A stretch of DNA of 47,481 nucleotides from a bacterium (GTDB lineage Bacteria; Hinthialibacterota; Hinthialibacteria; Hinthialibacterales; Hinthialibacteraceae). The first letter of the stretch is position 1; every line of letters starts with the position of its first letter. Below are positions 1 to 10,135 of the stretch, in pieces. The notes beneath the pieces were generated by a model. The model was not told the origin of the DNA. It did not search any database and saw nothing but the letters and a program-made list of their open reading frames with translations. The stretch is taken from positions 1 to 47,481 of the forward strand of contig CAXXSM010000085.1 in assembly GCA_963663405.2 (NCBI GenBank), read 5' to 3'. A program made the translations under genes and the position numbers.

Positions 1-234
1 CAGCGCATAATCGATTCGCTTGGGCTTGATATCACAGATCGCAGGGATCTTTACATTTGGAAATGTGACAAGAATACGGAGCAAGCTGCAACCACGTCCT
101 CCCATACCAATCATTCCAAGTCGAACCGTTCGATTATGATCGCTCTTCGCAAGACTCTGTTTCATGGATTGAGCCGCTAACGTGGAAGCGGCGGTCATGC
201 GGATAAAATTTCTACGGTTAGGCCGCTGAATCAT
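1..234 (-). CDS. Gfo/Idh/MocA-family oxidoreductase with Tat signal (5' part; runs off the window edge)
   Basis: Not in the ORF track. Manual translation from the ATG at 234 (AAAGGA RBS upstream) gives MIQRPNRRNFIRMTAASTLAAQSMKQ...VRLGMIGMGGRGCSLL...IPAICDI, i.e. an RRxF twin-arginine motif followed by a Rossmann GxGxxG motif. Confidence 0.85.
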   Translation of the reverse strand, partial: MIQRPNRRNFIRMTAASTLAAQSMKQSLAKSDHNRTVRLGMIGMGGRGCSLLRILVTFPNVKIPAICDIKPKRIDYAL

Positions 235-410
235 GTGTGTCCTTTCCAAGATATCATTTTATTGATTCACCATTTTACCATTATTTTTGACAGCGCGCGT
301 ATTGATTGTTGGATTTGATTAAACTTCCGAAGAGATTTGTACAGTGTCTTATCGATAAAAAAACCTATTCGCATTTGCTCCAGACGTTTTCGTAACCGTT
401 TACTATGTTT

Positions 411-3290
411 TTACTTTAGACGTTCACCGTGTGTTATCACGGTTATCCAGACCGCTTGATCCTGCGGGCCGTCCGTCTCACAGGAGAACCTGATTTCGTT
501 TTTCCCAGAATGCAGTATCGGCGTCATGCCCACTGGCGCAACCTCGCTGAGAACAAAACCATTCGGATCATAAAATTTGCATTTGCCTGAACCTGTGTAT
601 TCCAAATACGAATCGCCGGTTAGCGCGCCGGGGAACATTATGGATACGCCGTCGATTGTTACGCGCGGATTGATGATTTTTGAGGGTGAGGTTCGTAACG
701 CTTTGATTGGTCCCAACCGGCAGGAAACATTCTGCCGCGGTCCCAGATCGTTCAGCAGCAGGGCAAATCGGTCAATCTCGCGCCAGCGCAAGGAAAGAAG
801 ACTGTGTTTCCAAAGGTAGGGCCAAACGTAATCGAAAACTCTTTCGCCTTCACAATGAGGGAATACGATATAACGCCAGCTCTTGAAATCAAGATCGACG
901 TAGTGATCTGTCGTCACACCACGCTGAATACCTAAATGCAGGTTGAGCAGCGCTCCGCTCCCGTCACCGTATACCCAGACGCCCAACATTTTGTTGGCGG
1001 ATAAGTCGCGCAATTTCTCGTAATATAGTGTGTGCGAGCACCAGTGACTGGGGGTATCAGAGGGATTGGCGGCTGATAAATTAAAGGTATGGTATTTGTC
1101 GTTTAGCCATTCATCCGATGGCTCCAAGCGAGAGACAAGAGATTTGGTTGTTTCGTATTCGGCTTGCTTCAGGCTGGATTGATCCAGTAGGGTGATGTTG
1201 CGTGGATCGTCAAAAGAGGCGGGAAGCAGCGCGCCTCGGATTCGAATCGATAATGACTGCTTGTTGAATTCGTTGACATGGTTCAACCGCCCGTGACCGT
1301 CTTCCAGCAGGAGGTATTTGTCTGGAGTGTATTGTATTTTGTTGAAGCGCCACTCGCCGTTGTCCTCATCCTGACACAACGTGTAATCAACACCCGGTTC
1401 GCGGAGGAGGGTTTTGATTTTTTCCGGGAAGTAGTTCGTCCGCCGCAGTGTGTCATAACGGCGGAAAATCTCCATGATCTCGCCTGTCCGTCCGTTGCCA
1501 TCCAGGAAACCTTTGGTGGTCTGCAGCGAGGTTCCTGTATCGTAGGCGATTGTTTTCATGCAGCCGTACTCGATCTCCTCGGGCAGTTTCGCGTAGTGGC
1601 TGGGATTGTTTAAGTAGAGACCCTCCCAGCCCAGCTCGCCGGGACAAAAATTTTCGTGGTACAGTTTAATACAGTCTAGGCGTGATACTTCTAGAAAGCG
1701 CCTATGCGCATAGAACGGGTAATCATTGGAAGCAACCCTGGAGGTGATATGCCACATCAGGTTGTCGTTGTAACTGGATTGGACCAGCAGGTCACGATTT
1801 ACGCGGCTGAACATGTCGTAGGCGAACTTGTTGACGTGATAAAATGACGGGCCTTGAGACGCGAGTATTTCAGCGCCGTCCAGGTAAAGCCAGTCGAATT
1901 GGCAGTAGTTGATCACATGCGCCAAACGCGCGGACACCTCGGTCATCATCGTACTGTTGGTCGCGGGCGCGAAATGGCGCCATTTCTCCGCCAAATAGTA
2001 GACCTTGCCGCCCTTGGCGTGAGCCGTGGCGCGTGTGCCACACTCGCCGCGGACACATCCAGTGAACGCGTAGCAGGGTCCGGTTGTGTATTCGTTGTAG
2101 GCGATGATCTCATCGCCGATTTGAATGTGGAGCCCTGGGCCATAGATACGGTAATCGAAACGTGTGATCATCCCTTCTGGTGAAGAAGTGACGGGAATAC
2201 TCGTGTTGGAAGGGTCTATATCTTCGGCGAGTTCGAACTCGCGGATTTTCGCTAATCGGCGATCCGGAAAGGGGGTGACGTATGGATCGTTGAAGCTGAC
2301 CGCGCCGGTGTTTGTGTGCAATCCCGCTTTGAGCCCTGCGGCATTGATCCGGGCGACGGTCTCGCGTAATTCCTCCAGGCCACGGGGGAATTGCTGTGTA
2401 TCAATAAGGTAATGTCCGTGGGTCATGAACGGATTGGTGCAGATGTAACTAAATCCACCCGCCTTGGCGTAAGCAATAATTTCGTCAACATCTTTCGCGC
2501 CAAAATCGATAAATAGGTAGCTGGTCTTCGTTTCATCAGAGATCTTTCCCCACTGCCCGGCGATTGTGGGATGGGGCATCTGGAACGCTTGTTCGAACTT
2601 CGCTATGGTCTCTCGCAGTTTCTCGCCGCCGGAGCCGGTTAGCAAGGCCACTTTTGGATTGCCTTCCACTGGCAGTTCCGGGTATAGCGTTGCGGTAAGT
2701 GTTTTACTCTGCTCAGGATCCGGCTCATACTGGCGGCCGCTTTCGACGAAATCAGCAGGAAACCACCTTTCGTCAGTGGCGGTGAGTAGCATCGAGTTGA
2801 CATTGAAATCGATCGCCTGCGCGCAGACAGCGAAATCACTGTTATAGCAGGCGTTGATGATGGCTCCGATGTGGCCCGGAATATCGGCTGCAAGATTGAT
2901 TATCCGCACTCTATCAATGCGGCCTTTTATTTGCTCAACTTCAAAGACAAACCACTCATGCGCCGGGCTGATCTTGACATGGAGCTGGACATCGCAGCCA
3001 TCGAAATCGACAACGACACGGCCATCCTTTAGCTTCACTGCGGTACTCGGTAAGACTTCATCACCCACGAAAACTTTCATGAATGGATTGGGAATCCGGT
3101 GGTCTAAATAGTCTTTCCCGTTAGCCTTGCTGCGGAGCGATTCGTTTTGACCGTCCGCGCTGACGCAATAGAGAGCATAATCATTTTCCAGACAAAGAGT
3201 GTTTCCTTTTAGATACACATTCTGCGCGTCACTGGCGAGACCGCTCAAGAATGACAAAAGAGCAAGGGCCGAATAGAGAAAGGATTTCAC
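411..3290 (-). CDS. Secreted hypothetical protein, putative glycoside-hydrolase-like TIM barrel with accessory beta-domains
   Basis: 959-aa ORF, GTG start with GGAGG RBS, Sec-type signal peptide. Segments GLEELRETVARINAAGLKAGLH and FDWLYLDGAE resemble (beta/alpha)8 glycosidases of the GH27/36-like type. Family cannot be assigned. Confidence 0.6.
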   Translation of the reverse strand: MKSFLYSALALLSFLSGLASDAQNVYLKGNTLCLENDYALYCVSADGQNESLRSKANGKDYLDHRIPNPFMKVFVGDEVLPSTAVKLKDGRVVVDFDGCDVQLHVKISPAHEWFVFEVEQIKGRIDRVRIINLAADIPGHIGAIINACYNSDFAVCAQAIDFNVNSMLLTATDERWFPADFVESGRQYEPDPEQSKTLTATLYPELPVEGNPKVALLTGSGGEKLRETIAKFEQAFQMPHPTIAGQWGKISDETKTSYLFIDFGAKDVDEIIAYAKAGGFSYICTNPFMTHGHYLIDTQQFPRGLEELRETVARINAAGLKAGLHTNTGAVSFNDPYVTPFPDRRLAKIREFELAEDIDPSNTSIPVTSSPEGMITRFDYRIYGPGLHIQIGDEIIAYNEYTTGPCYAFTGCVRGECGTRATAHAKGGKVYYLAEKWRHFAPATNSTMMTEVSARLAHVINYCQFDWLYLDGAEILASQGPSFYHVNKFAYDMFSRVNRDLLVQSSYNDNLMWHITSRVASNDYPFYAHRRFLEVSRLDCIKLYHENFCPGELGWEGLYLNNPSHYAKLPEEIEYGCMKTIAYDTGTSLQTTKGFLDGNGRTGEIMEIFRRYDTLRRTNYFPEKIKTLLREPGVDYTLCQDEDNGEWRFNKIQYTPDKYLLLEDGHGRLNHVNEFNKQSLSIRIRGALLPASFDDPRNITLLDQSSLKQAEYETTKSLVSRLEPSDEWLNDKYHTFNLSAANPSDTPSHWCSHTLYYEKLRDLSANKMLGVWVYGDGSGALLNLHLGIQRGVTTDHYVDLDFKSWRYIVFPHCEGERVFDYVWPYLWKHSLLSLRWREIDRFALLLNDLGPRQNVSCRLGPIKALRTSPSKIINPRVTIDGVSIMFPGALTGDSYLEYTGSGKCKFYDPNGFVLSEVAPVGMTPILHSGKNEIRFSCETDGPQDQAVWITVITHGERLK

Positions 3291-3716
3291 AAGTGATCCT
3301 CCGTGGATAGGTTTGGGGATTCTTTAGCGCTAACGTACCGATTGTTAATAACGGCCGTTTCGTCGAGTGAGATACCGATTCTGTGATGTTATAATGTCTT
3401 CGATCGCTAGGCCTCTTTGGCCTTTCCGCATAATAAATCGAAATCGGCTATCAAGGCAAGGATATGGGAAAAATGAATCGCAGATCCATACAGCCCAGCG
3501 ACTTTGTCTGTACCCGTGATTTGGATCGTCTTTAGTTATTATTGATGATATAGACATTTATACTTTATTTTGCAAAAATCGTTGATGATTTATTGATAGA
3601 TATTTTTAAATTAATCAACACAAGGCGTATCTTCGGCGCTGTTTATGAGTTCACTCGTGAGAGTCATGAGGTTAATATAAGGAAAACATCCATACGAGAG
3701 AAAGGGATTTCTGGTT

Positions 3717-4841
3717 ATGAGTAAAAAATACCGTGTTGGGATTATCGGTGTCTGTCATGTGCACGTTCACAATGTCGCGGCGATCTTTCAGAATCATCCG
3801 AAGGTGGAATTAATCGCGGTTGCCGACACAACGCCCGATACGCCGGAAATCAGTGAGTCCGCGTATACAAGGAAATGGAACTTGAATTATCTTGTTAATG
3901 ATATGGGAATTCCCAACGTGTATGACGAGTACCAGGAGATGCTGCGAAAAGAGAATCTCGATATTGTGATCTGCAATTCAGAAAACGCAAAGCATCCAGA
4001 AGTGGTTCAAGCGTGCGCGGAAACCAAGACGCATGTCTGCGTAGAAAAACCGATGGCTTCATCTCTGGCTGACGCGCTTGAAATGGATCGTTTCCGCCGA
4101 GACGCGGGAATCGAGACTGCGATTCATTGGTATATGCCGTTTTCACCCCAAATGATGAAGATGAAAGCGTTGATTGAAGAGGGCGCGATTGGAAACATCC
4201 TTGAAGTCCGAACCCGGATCGCACACGCGGGGCCTCTGGCGGTTGGCGCGAGACATCCCGGACCGAATATTGAAACCGAATCCATGACCGAAGCCGAAAA
4301 GGCTTCGACGTGGTGGTATCAACAGACGGCGGGAGGAGGCGCCACGATCGATTTTTGCAGTTACGGCGCCGTCATCGCCCGTTGGTTGATTGGCGAGACC
4401 GCCACGGATGTTATGGGGATGCGGATGAACTTGAACAGCCCCTGGGCCGAAGCCGATGACAACGGTGTTATTACCGCGCGTTTCCCTAAAGCGGTTGGGG
4501 TGTTTCAAGGATCGTGGACGACGCTGTATCCAGGCGAGTGGGGGAATCCGGTTGTCTATGGAACGGAAGGCACGATCGTTGTCGATGAATGGGGCTCCGC
4601 GCCGGGAGTGTATGTATGGCGGGGGCAAGAAAAACACGAAGAATTCTACAAACCGGATTCGTCCAGCCTTGAATATCCCGATATCGCCCATGCGTTCATC
4701 CATTCTCTTGACACCGGCGCGCCGTTGCATGAAACGCTGGATCCGGTCTTCAATCTGGACGCCATGGCGATTGTCGACGCGGGGATTCGTTCCGCGGAGA
4801 GTGGGAAGTTGGAAGAAATCCAAAGGGTGGGGGAAGAATGA
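3717..4841 (+). CDS. Gfo/Idh/MocA-family oxidoreductase
   Basis: YRVGIIG N-terminal Rossmann strand, HVCVEKPMA motif, GGGATID segment; 374 aa. Confidence 0.9.
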   Translation: MSKKYRVGIIGVCHVHVHNVAAIFQNHPKVELIAVADTTPDTPEISESAYTRKWNLNYLVNDMGIPNVYDEYQEMLRKENLDIVICNSENAKHPEVVQACAETKTHVCVEKPMASSLADALEMDRFRRDAGIETAIHWYMPFSPQMMKMKALIEEGAIGNILEVRTRIAHAGPLAVGARHPGPNIETESMTEAEKASTWWYQQTAGGGATIDFCSYGAVIARWLIGETATDVMGMRMNLNSPWAEADDNGVITARFPKAVGVFQGSWTTLYPGEWGNPVVYGTEGTIVVDEWGSAPGVYVWRGQEKHEEFYKPDSSSLEYPDIAHAFIHSLDTGAPLHETLDPVFNLDAMAIVDAGIRSAESGKLEEIQRVGEE

Positions 4842-5207
4842 TCGTGTAGAAATATCTTATTAGAATATGAAATAGACAAAGGAAAAGCGGATAGAATGTT
4901 GTAAACTTTCTGTCCGTTTTGTTTTGTATTGATATAATATTGTTGTTAAATAAGGATATTAAATTATATTTTATATAACGTATTCTTCATGTAACGTTAT
5001 GATTCTTTTTTAGTGATTTTTAGTTAATTTATCATTAATCAATTTTGGTCCGCTATACAATTATACAATTCTGTTATAAGATCGCTAATATTAAATTCAT
5101 GTGGAAGCGACGATCTGTTTTTCTTTAATTGGCCGCCAATAGGAAAACAGGGAGCCAATGGCGAATCCCCTATGGAAAATAAATCTTACTTAATAGGAGA
5201 AGATTAG

Positions 5208-7151
5208 ATGTTATCTTTTAAAGAAGGTGTTCCTAAAAAGAATATGCTTCATTCATTGGTTTTCGGTTTTATGGTATTTCTGTTTATTTTACTCATTATT
5301 GGGGATATTCATGCTCAGATGACTACGAGAGTGAGTGTTGATTCATTTGGGAATGAGGGAAATGAGCGGAGTCTCCAATCATCCATTTCTGCAGATGGGC
5401 GTTATGTTGCCTATTGTTCAGAAGCAACCAACCTCGTTCCCAACGATACAAATAGGACATTTGATTGTTTTGTTCATGATCGCCAGACAGGGAACACAAC
5501 TCGGGTCAGCGTAGACTCTTCTGGGATTGAGGGTAATGGTAGTAGTCCAAATCCGTCTATTTCAGCGGATGGGCGTTATGTTGCCTTTGAATCATATGCT
5601 TCTAATTTCGTTCCCAATGATACAAATGGAGTATTTGATATTTTTGTTCATGATCGACAAGTAGGGAACATAACAAGGATCAGTGTAGACTCTTCAGGAA
5701 TTGAGGGAAATGATGTAAGTCTTTTAGCATCTATATCAGCGGATGGACGTTATGTTGCCTTTATTTCATTAGCTTCTAATCTCGTTCCCAACGATACGAA
5801 TAATACATGGGATTGTTTTGTTCACGATCGTCAGACAGGGAACACAACTCGGATCAGTATCGATTCTTCAGGGATTGAGGGAAATTGTGGTTTTTCTTCT
5901 CCATCTATATCGGCGGATGGGCGTTATGTTGCCTTTAGTTCCGGATCTGATAATCTCGTTCCAAACGATACAAATGGAGAAAGTGATTGTTTTGTACACG
6001 ATCTTCAAACCGGGAATACAACTCGGGTCAGCGTAGACTCTTCAGGAATAGAGGGAAATGATGGAAGTTTTAAACCATCCATATCAGCGGATGGGCGTTA
6101 TATTGCTTTTGTATCAGAGGCAACCAACCTTGTTCCCAACGATACGAATAATGCATCTGATTGTTTTGTACACGATCTTCAGACAGGGAATACAACTCGG
6201 GTTAGCGTAGACTCTTCTGGGATTGAAGGGAATGATAAGAGTTTTATCCCATCTATATCAGCGGATGGGCGTTATATTGTCTTTTATTCAGATGCAACTA
6301 ACCTCGTTCCTAACGATACGAATAGTAAAGATGATTGTTTTGTACACGATCGTCAAACCGGGAACACAACTCGGGTCAGCGTAGACTCTTCCGGGATTGA
6401 GGGAAATGGTACGAGTTTTAAACCATCTATATCAGCGGATGGACGTTATGTCTCCTTTCAATCATATGCATCTAATCTAGTTTTCGATGATACAAATGGT
6501 TATGAAGATATTTTTGTTCATGATAGATATGGATCAAAATACATGGTCAACGGTAACGGTACTGGTGGTGGAGATGGCCGATATTGGCCTGTGATAGATG
6601 TACCTGGCGTTGATGACGGCTATTTCGACGCTCGATTTACTCCAGCGACAGTATTGAGTGGCGCAGAACTATTCTCCAGCTGGTGCGCGGATAATGATAC
6701 ACCCATCAAACTTGGTTGGTGGTATGATAATGCGCCTTGTTATTCCTCACTTAATTTTTCAATTGACTGTGCTCCCTTTGTGAATATTGGAAATGTTGGA
6801 AAATTGCCTAGCGTGAACGCCTTGTTGGTTTTATATCGCGAAGGTGAATGGGATGCTGGTGTTGAAATTAGCGATCATACCTATTTTGTTACGAATAGCG
6901 ATATCCAGGCGATTATATGGACACTGCTTTTCAATGGAATCCCCCAAGGTGGTGGTATCACGTGGCAGGCGCCACTCGTCGAGGCTTTGGCTAATCTTGT
7001 CGACGGAATGGAGCCCATATATACGACGGGTTCCGATATTCCGATCACAATTATCATCGACACGACGGATCAGGTTAATCTGTTGGAAGTTCCCTATTGG
7101 CTGTATGAAGATTTAGTGGCCGCGGGGATTGTAGATGAATGTGTGAACTGA
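5208..7151 (+). CDS. Secreted TolB/PD40-type beta-propeller protein with C-terminal thioester(TED)-like domain
   Basis: Hydrophobic N-terminus, seven 58-aa repeats (TTRVSVDSSG..PSISADGRYVAF..NLVPNDTN..D.FVHD), then a C-terminal domain with WCAD, IQAIIW and DQVNLLEVP. Confidence 0.8.
   Translation: MLSFKEGVPKKNMLHSLVFGFMVFLFILLIIGDIHAQMTTRVSVDSFGNEGNERSLQSSISADGRYVAYCSEATNLVPNDTNRTFDCFVHDRQTGNTTRVSVDSSGIEGNGSSPNPSISADGRYVAFESYASNFVPNDTNGVFDIFVHDRQVGNITRISVDSSGIEGNDVSLLASISADGRYVAFISLASNLVPNDTNNTWDCFVHDRQTGNTTRISIDSSGIEGNCGFSSPSISADGRYVAFSSGSDNLVPNDTNGESDCFVHDLQTGNTTRVSVDSSGIEGNDGSFKPSISADGRYIAFVSEATNLVPNDTNNASDCFVHDLQTGNTTRVSVDSSGIEGNDKSFIPSISADGRYIVFYSDATNLVPNDTNSKDDCFVHDRQTGNTTRVSVDSSGIEGNGTSFKPSISADGRYVSFQSYASNLVFDDTNGYEDIFVHDRYGSKYMVNGNGTGGGDGRYWPVIDVPGVDDGYFDARFTPATVLSGAELFSSWCADNDTPIKLGWWYDNAPCYSSLNFSIDCAPFVNIGNVGKLPSVNALLVLYREGEWDAGVEISDHTYFVTNSDIQAIIWTLLFNGIPQGGGITWQAPLVEALANLVDGMEPIYTTGSDIPITIIIDTTDQVNLLEVPYWLYEDLVAAGIVDECVN
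5320..6530 (+). repeat. Seven intragenic tandem repeats of 174 bp (58 aa)
   Basis: CTCGGGT[C/T]AGCGTAGACTCTT recurs near 5500, 6022, 6196 and 6370, with variants near 5326, 5674 and 5848; period 174 bp. Confidence 0.9.
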
Positions 7152-7178
7152 CGATTGAAAAAAATTCGCATTGAAAAG

Positions 7179-7215
7179 AAAATCCCCGGAGGGATGGAAT
7201 TCCTCCGGGGATTTT
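7179..7215. terminator. Bidirectional intrinsic terminator, copy 1
   Basis: AAAATCCCCGGAGG-loop-CCTCCGGGGATTTT, a perfect 14-bp inverted repeat 28 bp after the stop of the 647-aa gene. Confidence 0.8.
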
Positions 7216-7262
7216 GATTTGCATCCATTATACTAATGAAATATCATAGGAGAACGAAATAA

Positions 7263-8534
7263 ATGAAATCTGGAATCAACCGTCGGCAATTCTTTTGCGC
7301 TACTGCGCTGTCTTCGATGGCCGCATGTAGGGCGTCTCGTTCGTTTCAAAGTGACCGTCTGAACGGCGGAACGCATCAAAACCGGTTCTTTTTTACCACA
7401 CAAGGGAAGACGGCTATGATGAATGCCGATGGAAGCGAGTTGCATTATTTCGAGTTCGATCAGCCCGATCAGGTAACTTGGCAACCCGCTGGTTTTTTTA
7501 CTGATGGACGGCGCGTGCTATTCTTAAGCATGGAAGCCAGGCGGGATGGTCCGGGAAAACCATTCGCCGAATATTACCATACGACGCCCACCCACATCTG
7601 GATTTACGATCTCGTCAGTAATTCGTTAACTGAAATCGCCACTCAAAACAGGCTGGCTCCTTTCTATACACCGCAACTTCTGCTCAACGATGAGCGTATC
7701 CTTATGCAGGTTGTGCGCAATAAGAAAGGCCAAATTATCAGCATGAATCTTGATGGTTCCGATGCGCGGGAATTTACCCGCGCAGGGGAAGGCATGCCTT
7801 ATGGATTGAGTTTGAGTCCGGCCGGCAAGCGGGTGGCCTATCATATCGCCAGTCCGTCAGGATATCAGATTTGGACGAGTGACATTGATGGAGATAACCG
7901 GACCCTTGTAGCGAGTCACCCCGACCATCTTTATTTCTGTCCTAACTGGTCTCCCGATGGCCAGTGGCTGATGTTTCAGGATTGTCTATTCCGGAAAGAT
8001 CCCGGGCATGACTGGGCTGATTTGTACCTCTGCCGGCCGGATGGATCGGAACATCGTCTGTTGACAAAAGGGCAGCCGCTTTGGTTCGGGGCAACCTACG
8101 GTTCTCCCGGCAATCGAGGCGGCGGCTCCAATATTCCCGTCTGGACTCGTGACAATGCGATTCTTTGCTCTTACCGGTTGCCTAATTCCAAAGTTGCGTG
8201 GGAGTATCAGCCCCAGCGTCCCGATGTAGATCATTTTAATCGGGATTACAAGCCGGATCTGGCGTGTGGAGGAACGGAAATCCGCCGGATCGATCCTCGT
8301 GATGAATCGATTCTAAGAATCACTCATTCCAACCCGCCGGTTTGGGACTTTAGGCAGTGCGAATCACCTTGTGGTGATTTGATACTCTTTTGCCGCGCGG
8401 AAACGGGTGAGGCGCCCGCTATTTGGGTTGTGAACTCCAATGGGGAAAATCCCTGCTTGTTGACGAAAGGCTTGGATGGCCAAGGCGCGGATCATCCCCG
8501 CTGGGTTCCTCAGATGACATTGGGAAAAGTGTAA
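7263..8534 (+). CDS. TolB-like beta-propeller protein with Tat signal
   Basis: NRRQFF twin-arginine motif; PD40-like repeats (LSPAGKRVAY, PNWSPDGQWLMF, ADHPRW); AGGAG RBS. Confidence 0.8.
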   Translation: MKSGINRRQFFCATALSSMAACRASRSFQSDRLNGGTHQNRFFFTTQGKTAMMNADGSELHYFEFDQPDQVTWQPAGFFTDGRRVLFLSMEARRDGPGKPFAEYYHTTPTHIWIYDLVSNSLTEIATQNRLAPFYTPQLLLNDERILMQVVRNKKGQIISMNLDGSDAREFTRAGEGMPYGLSLSPAGKRVAYHIASPSGYQIWTSDIDGDNRTLVASHPDHLYFCPNWSPDGQWLMFQDCLFRKDPGHDWADLYLCRPDGSEHRLLTKGQPLWFGATYGSPGNRGGGSNIPVWTRDNAILCSYRLPNSKVAWEYQPQRPDVDHFNRDYKPDLACGGTEIRRIDPRDESILRITHSNPPVWDFRQCESPCGDLILFCRAETGEAPAIWVVNSNGENPCLLTKGLDGQGADHPRWVPQMTLGKV

Positions 8535-8603
8535 GCAATGAACGTACTTTTTTGATATCACATAATGAAGGCTAATAACGCAATTTTGCTTAGCTGGATA
8601 AAA

Positions 8604-8641
8604 AAAATCCCCGGAGGGATGGAATTTCCTCCGGGGATTTT
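8604..8641. terminator. Bidirectional intrinsic terminator, copy 2
   Basis: Same 14-bp stem as 7179-7215 with a loop one T longer; lies between convergent genes. Confidence 0.85.
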
Positions 8642-8662
8642 GGTTTGTATTTAATATATTGA

Positions 8663-10135
8663 TTAGAGGGCTTCGAGTTTGATTTTGGCGCCGTTGTTGT
8701 TGATTGATTCTTCGCCCGCGAAACTGGCGGCGGCGGCTTTCATGCCGCGCATGCCGTCGCAGAGGTTGGGGGCGCCGGTGCGGATGGTGTGGGCGAAGCC
8801 TTGGAGTTCCCATCGGTATGGATCGTAGGGAGACATATCGGAGGTTCCTCCACCACCGGTCGCTTGACCGGAGACGTACGCGGCGAACGCGGCTCCACCG
8901 GCGTCTTCTGCGGCGACATCCACGCCTGTGGCTTTCGCGGCTTCCGCCTGTTTGGATTTGGTCTCATCCCAACCGGGTTCCCAGAAGAGGTAATATTCGT
9001 TTTCCTTACTGAGAATGATCGTGCCGCGTTCACCCATGATCTGCTCGTAATATTGGTCGAATGAGTTGCTGGAGATGGAGGAATAGGTGACAACCTGTCC
9101 ATCAGGATAACCGAAGATGGCGTAAATGTGGTCGTCGATTTCGCGGTCGTCTTTGCTGTAACCGCGAATGAAGTTGCGGTATTCCTCGAAGGTGTTCCAA
9201 GGAAAATCGGTTCCTTCCGCTTTGGCTTTATCTCGATCCGCTTCGAATTGGACTTTGCTGGCGTAGACACCGCTTTTGTAGAGTTGATCCTGCTCTGCTT
9301 GGGTACGTTGGTGAGCCCCGTACGCCATCGCCCAGGCAGGCATCGCGTCCACATTGTTTTTCCCAAAGACCCAGTTCGTGATGGCCATTTGGTGGCTGCA
9401 GAGTTCCGTCCAGAATCCGTGTGAATAATCAGTGTACCAACGCCAGTTCACCAAGTGCTGCATGTCTTTGTAGCCGAACGGCTGCGGATTGAAACTCTGC
9501 GCTTCGCTGAGCAGGGCTCTCGGCACGTGAACCCAGTGGTTCCAGTCGTTGTTGCGGTGCCAGAGCGCGCGGATGTGATAGATGCTTCCGAGCAGACCGT
9601 CTTTGCACATGCGGTACGCGTCCCAATAGAGGGGATTGTAGAAGCGTTGGTGGCCGACCTGGAGGTTCAGGTTCTTCTCTTTCGCGAGCCGGATCATTTC
9701 CTTGCAGTCTTTCAGGTTGTAGGCCATCGTTTTTTCGGTGAAGACGTGCTTACCCGCTTTAAGGGCGTCAATCGCCATAGGACCGTGGTATTTCAGCGGT
9801 GTGGCGATGACGACGGCTTCGATTTCAGGATCGGCCAGCATATCTTCGTATTTTTCGTAGATTTTGGGATTGGGCGAATGTTTTGTTGAGACGATGATAT
9901 CCCGGCCGAGTTTGCGGCTGTCGGGCCGGATATCGCAGAGGGCGATCATATAAAGATAGGAGGGATCCATCACGCTCATGAGCATGCGGCCTTCCACGCC
10001 GGATCCGACGATCCCGGCTTTGACGGGCCCTACGTTGGTGGCGGTCATGGCGAAGGCTCCCACAGCGGGGAGCGTGCCAACCGTTTTTATAAAGTTTCTA
10101 CGGCCAATTAATTTCTGTTCATTGGTTAACTGCAT
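8663..10135 (-). CDS. Gfo/Idh/MocA-family oxidoreductase with Tat signal
   Basis: GRRNFIK signal, AGIVGSGVEG Rossmann motif, KHVFTEKTMA, LQVGHQR, NWRWY..YSHG..TELCSHQ; GGAAGG RBS. Confidence 0.9.
   Translation of the reverse strand: MQLTNEQKLIGRRNFIKTVGTLPAVGAFAMTATNVGPVKAGIVGSGVEGRMLMSVMDPSYLYMIALCDIRPDSRKLGRDIIVSTKHSPNPKIYEKYEDMLADPEIEAVVIATPLKYHGPMAIDALKAGKHVFTEKTMAYNLKDCKEMIRLAKEKNLNLQVGHQRFYNPLYWDAYRMCKDGLLGSIYHIRALWHRNNDWNHWVHVPRALLSEAQSFNPQPFGYKDMQHLVNWRWYTDYSHGFWTELCSHQMAITNWVFGKNNVDAMPAWAMAYGAHQRTQAEQDQLYKSGVYASKVQFEADRDKAKAEGTDFPWNTFEEYRNFIRGYSKDDREIDDHIYAIFGYPDGQVVTYSSISSNSFDQYYEQIMGERGTIILSKENEYYLFWEPGWDETKSKQAEAAKATGVDVAAEDAGGAAFAAYVSGQATGGGGTSDMSPYDPYRWELQGFAHTIRTGAPNLCDGMRGMKAAAASFAGEESINNNGAKIKLEAL

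Noticed and set aside
173-224. GTTAGCG / GCCTAAC pair resembling an integron attC site
   Set aside because: Too short, poorly palindromic, and lies inside the Tat-signal coding region of the 1-234 gene; no integrase in the window.
3345-3557. 70-aa ORF in a divergent intergenic region
   Set aside because: No RBS or motif; probably promoter DNA.
4143-4823. 226-aa antisense ORF and similar shadow ORFs (e.g. 20891-21700, 8740-9366, 45379-45963)
   Set aside because: They overlap well-supported genes on the other strand or frame and have no recognisable motifs.
5320-6530. Repeats as a CRISPR array or DGR template/variable pair
   Set aside because: They are in-frame 174-bp coding repeats with no spacers; no cas or reverse transcriptase gene is present.
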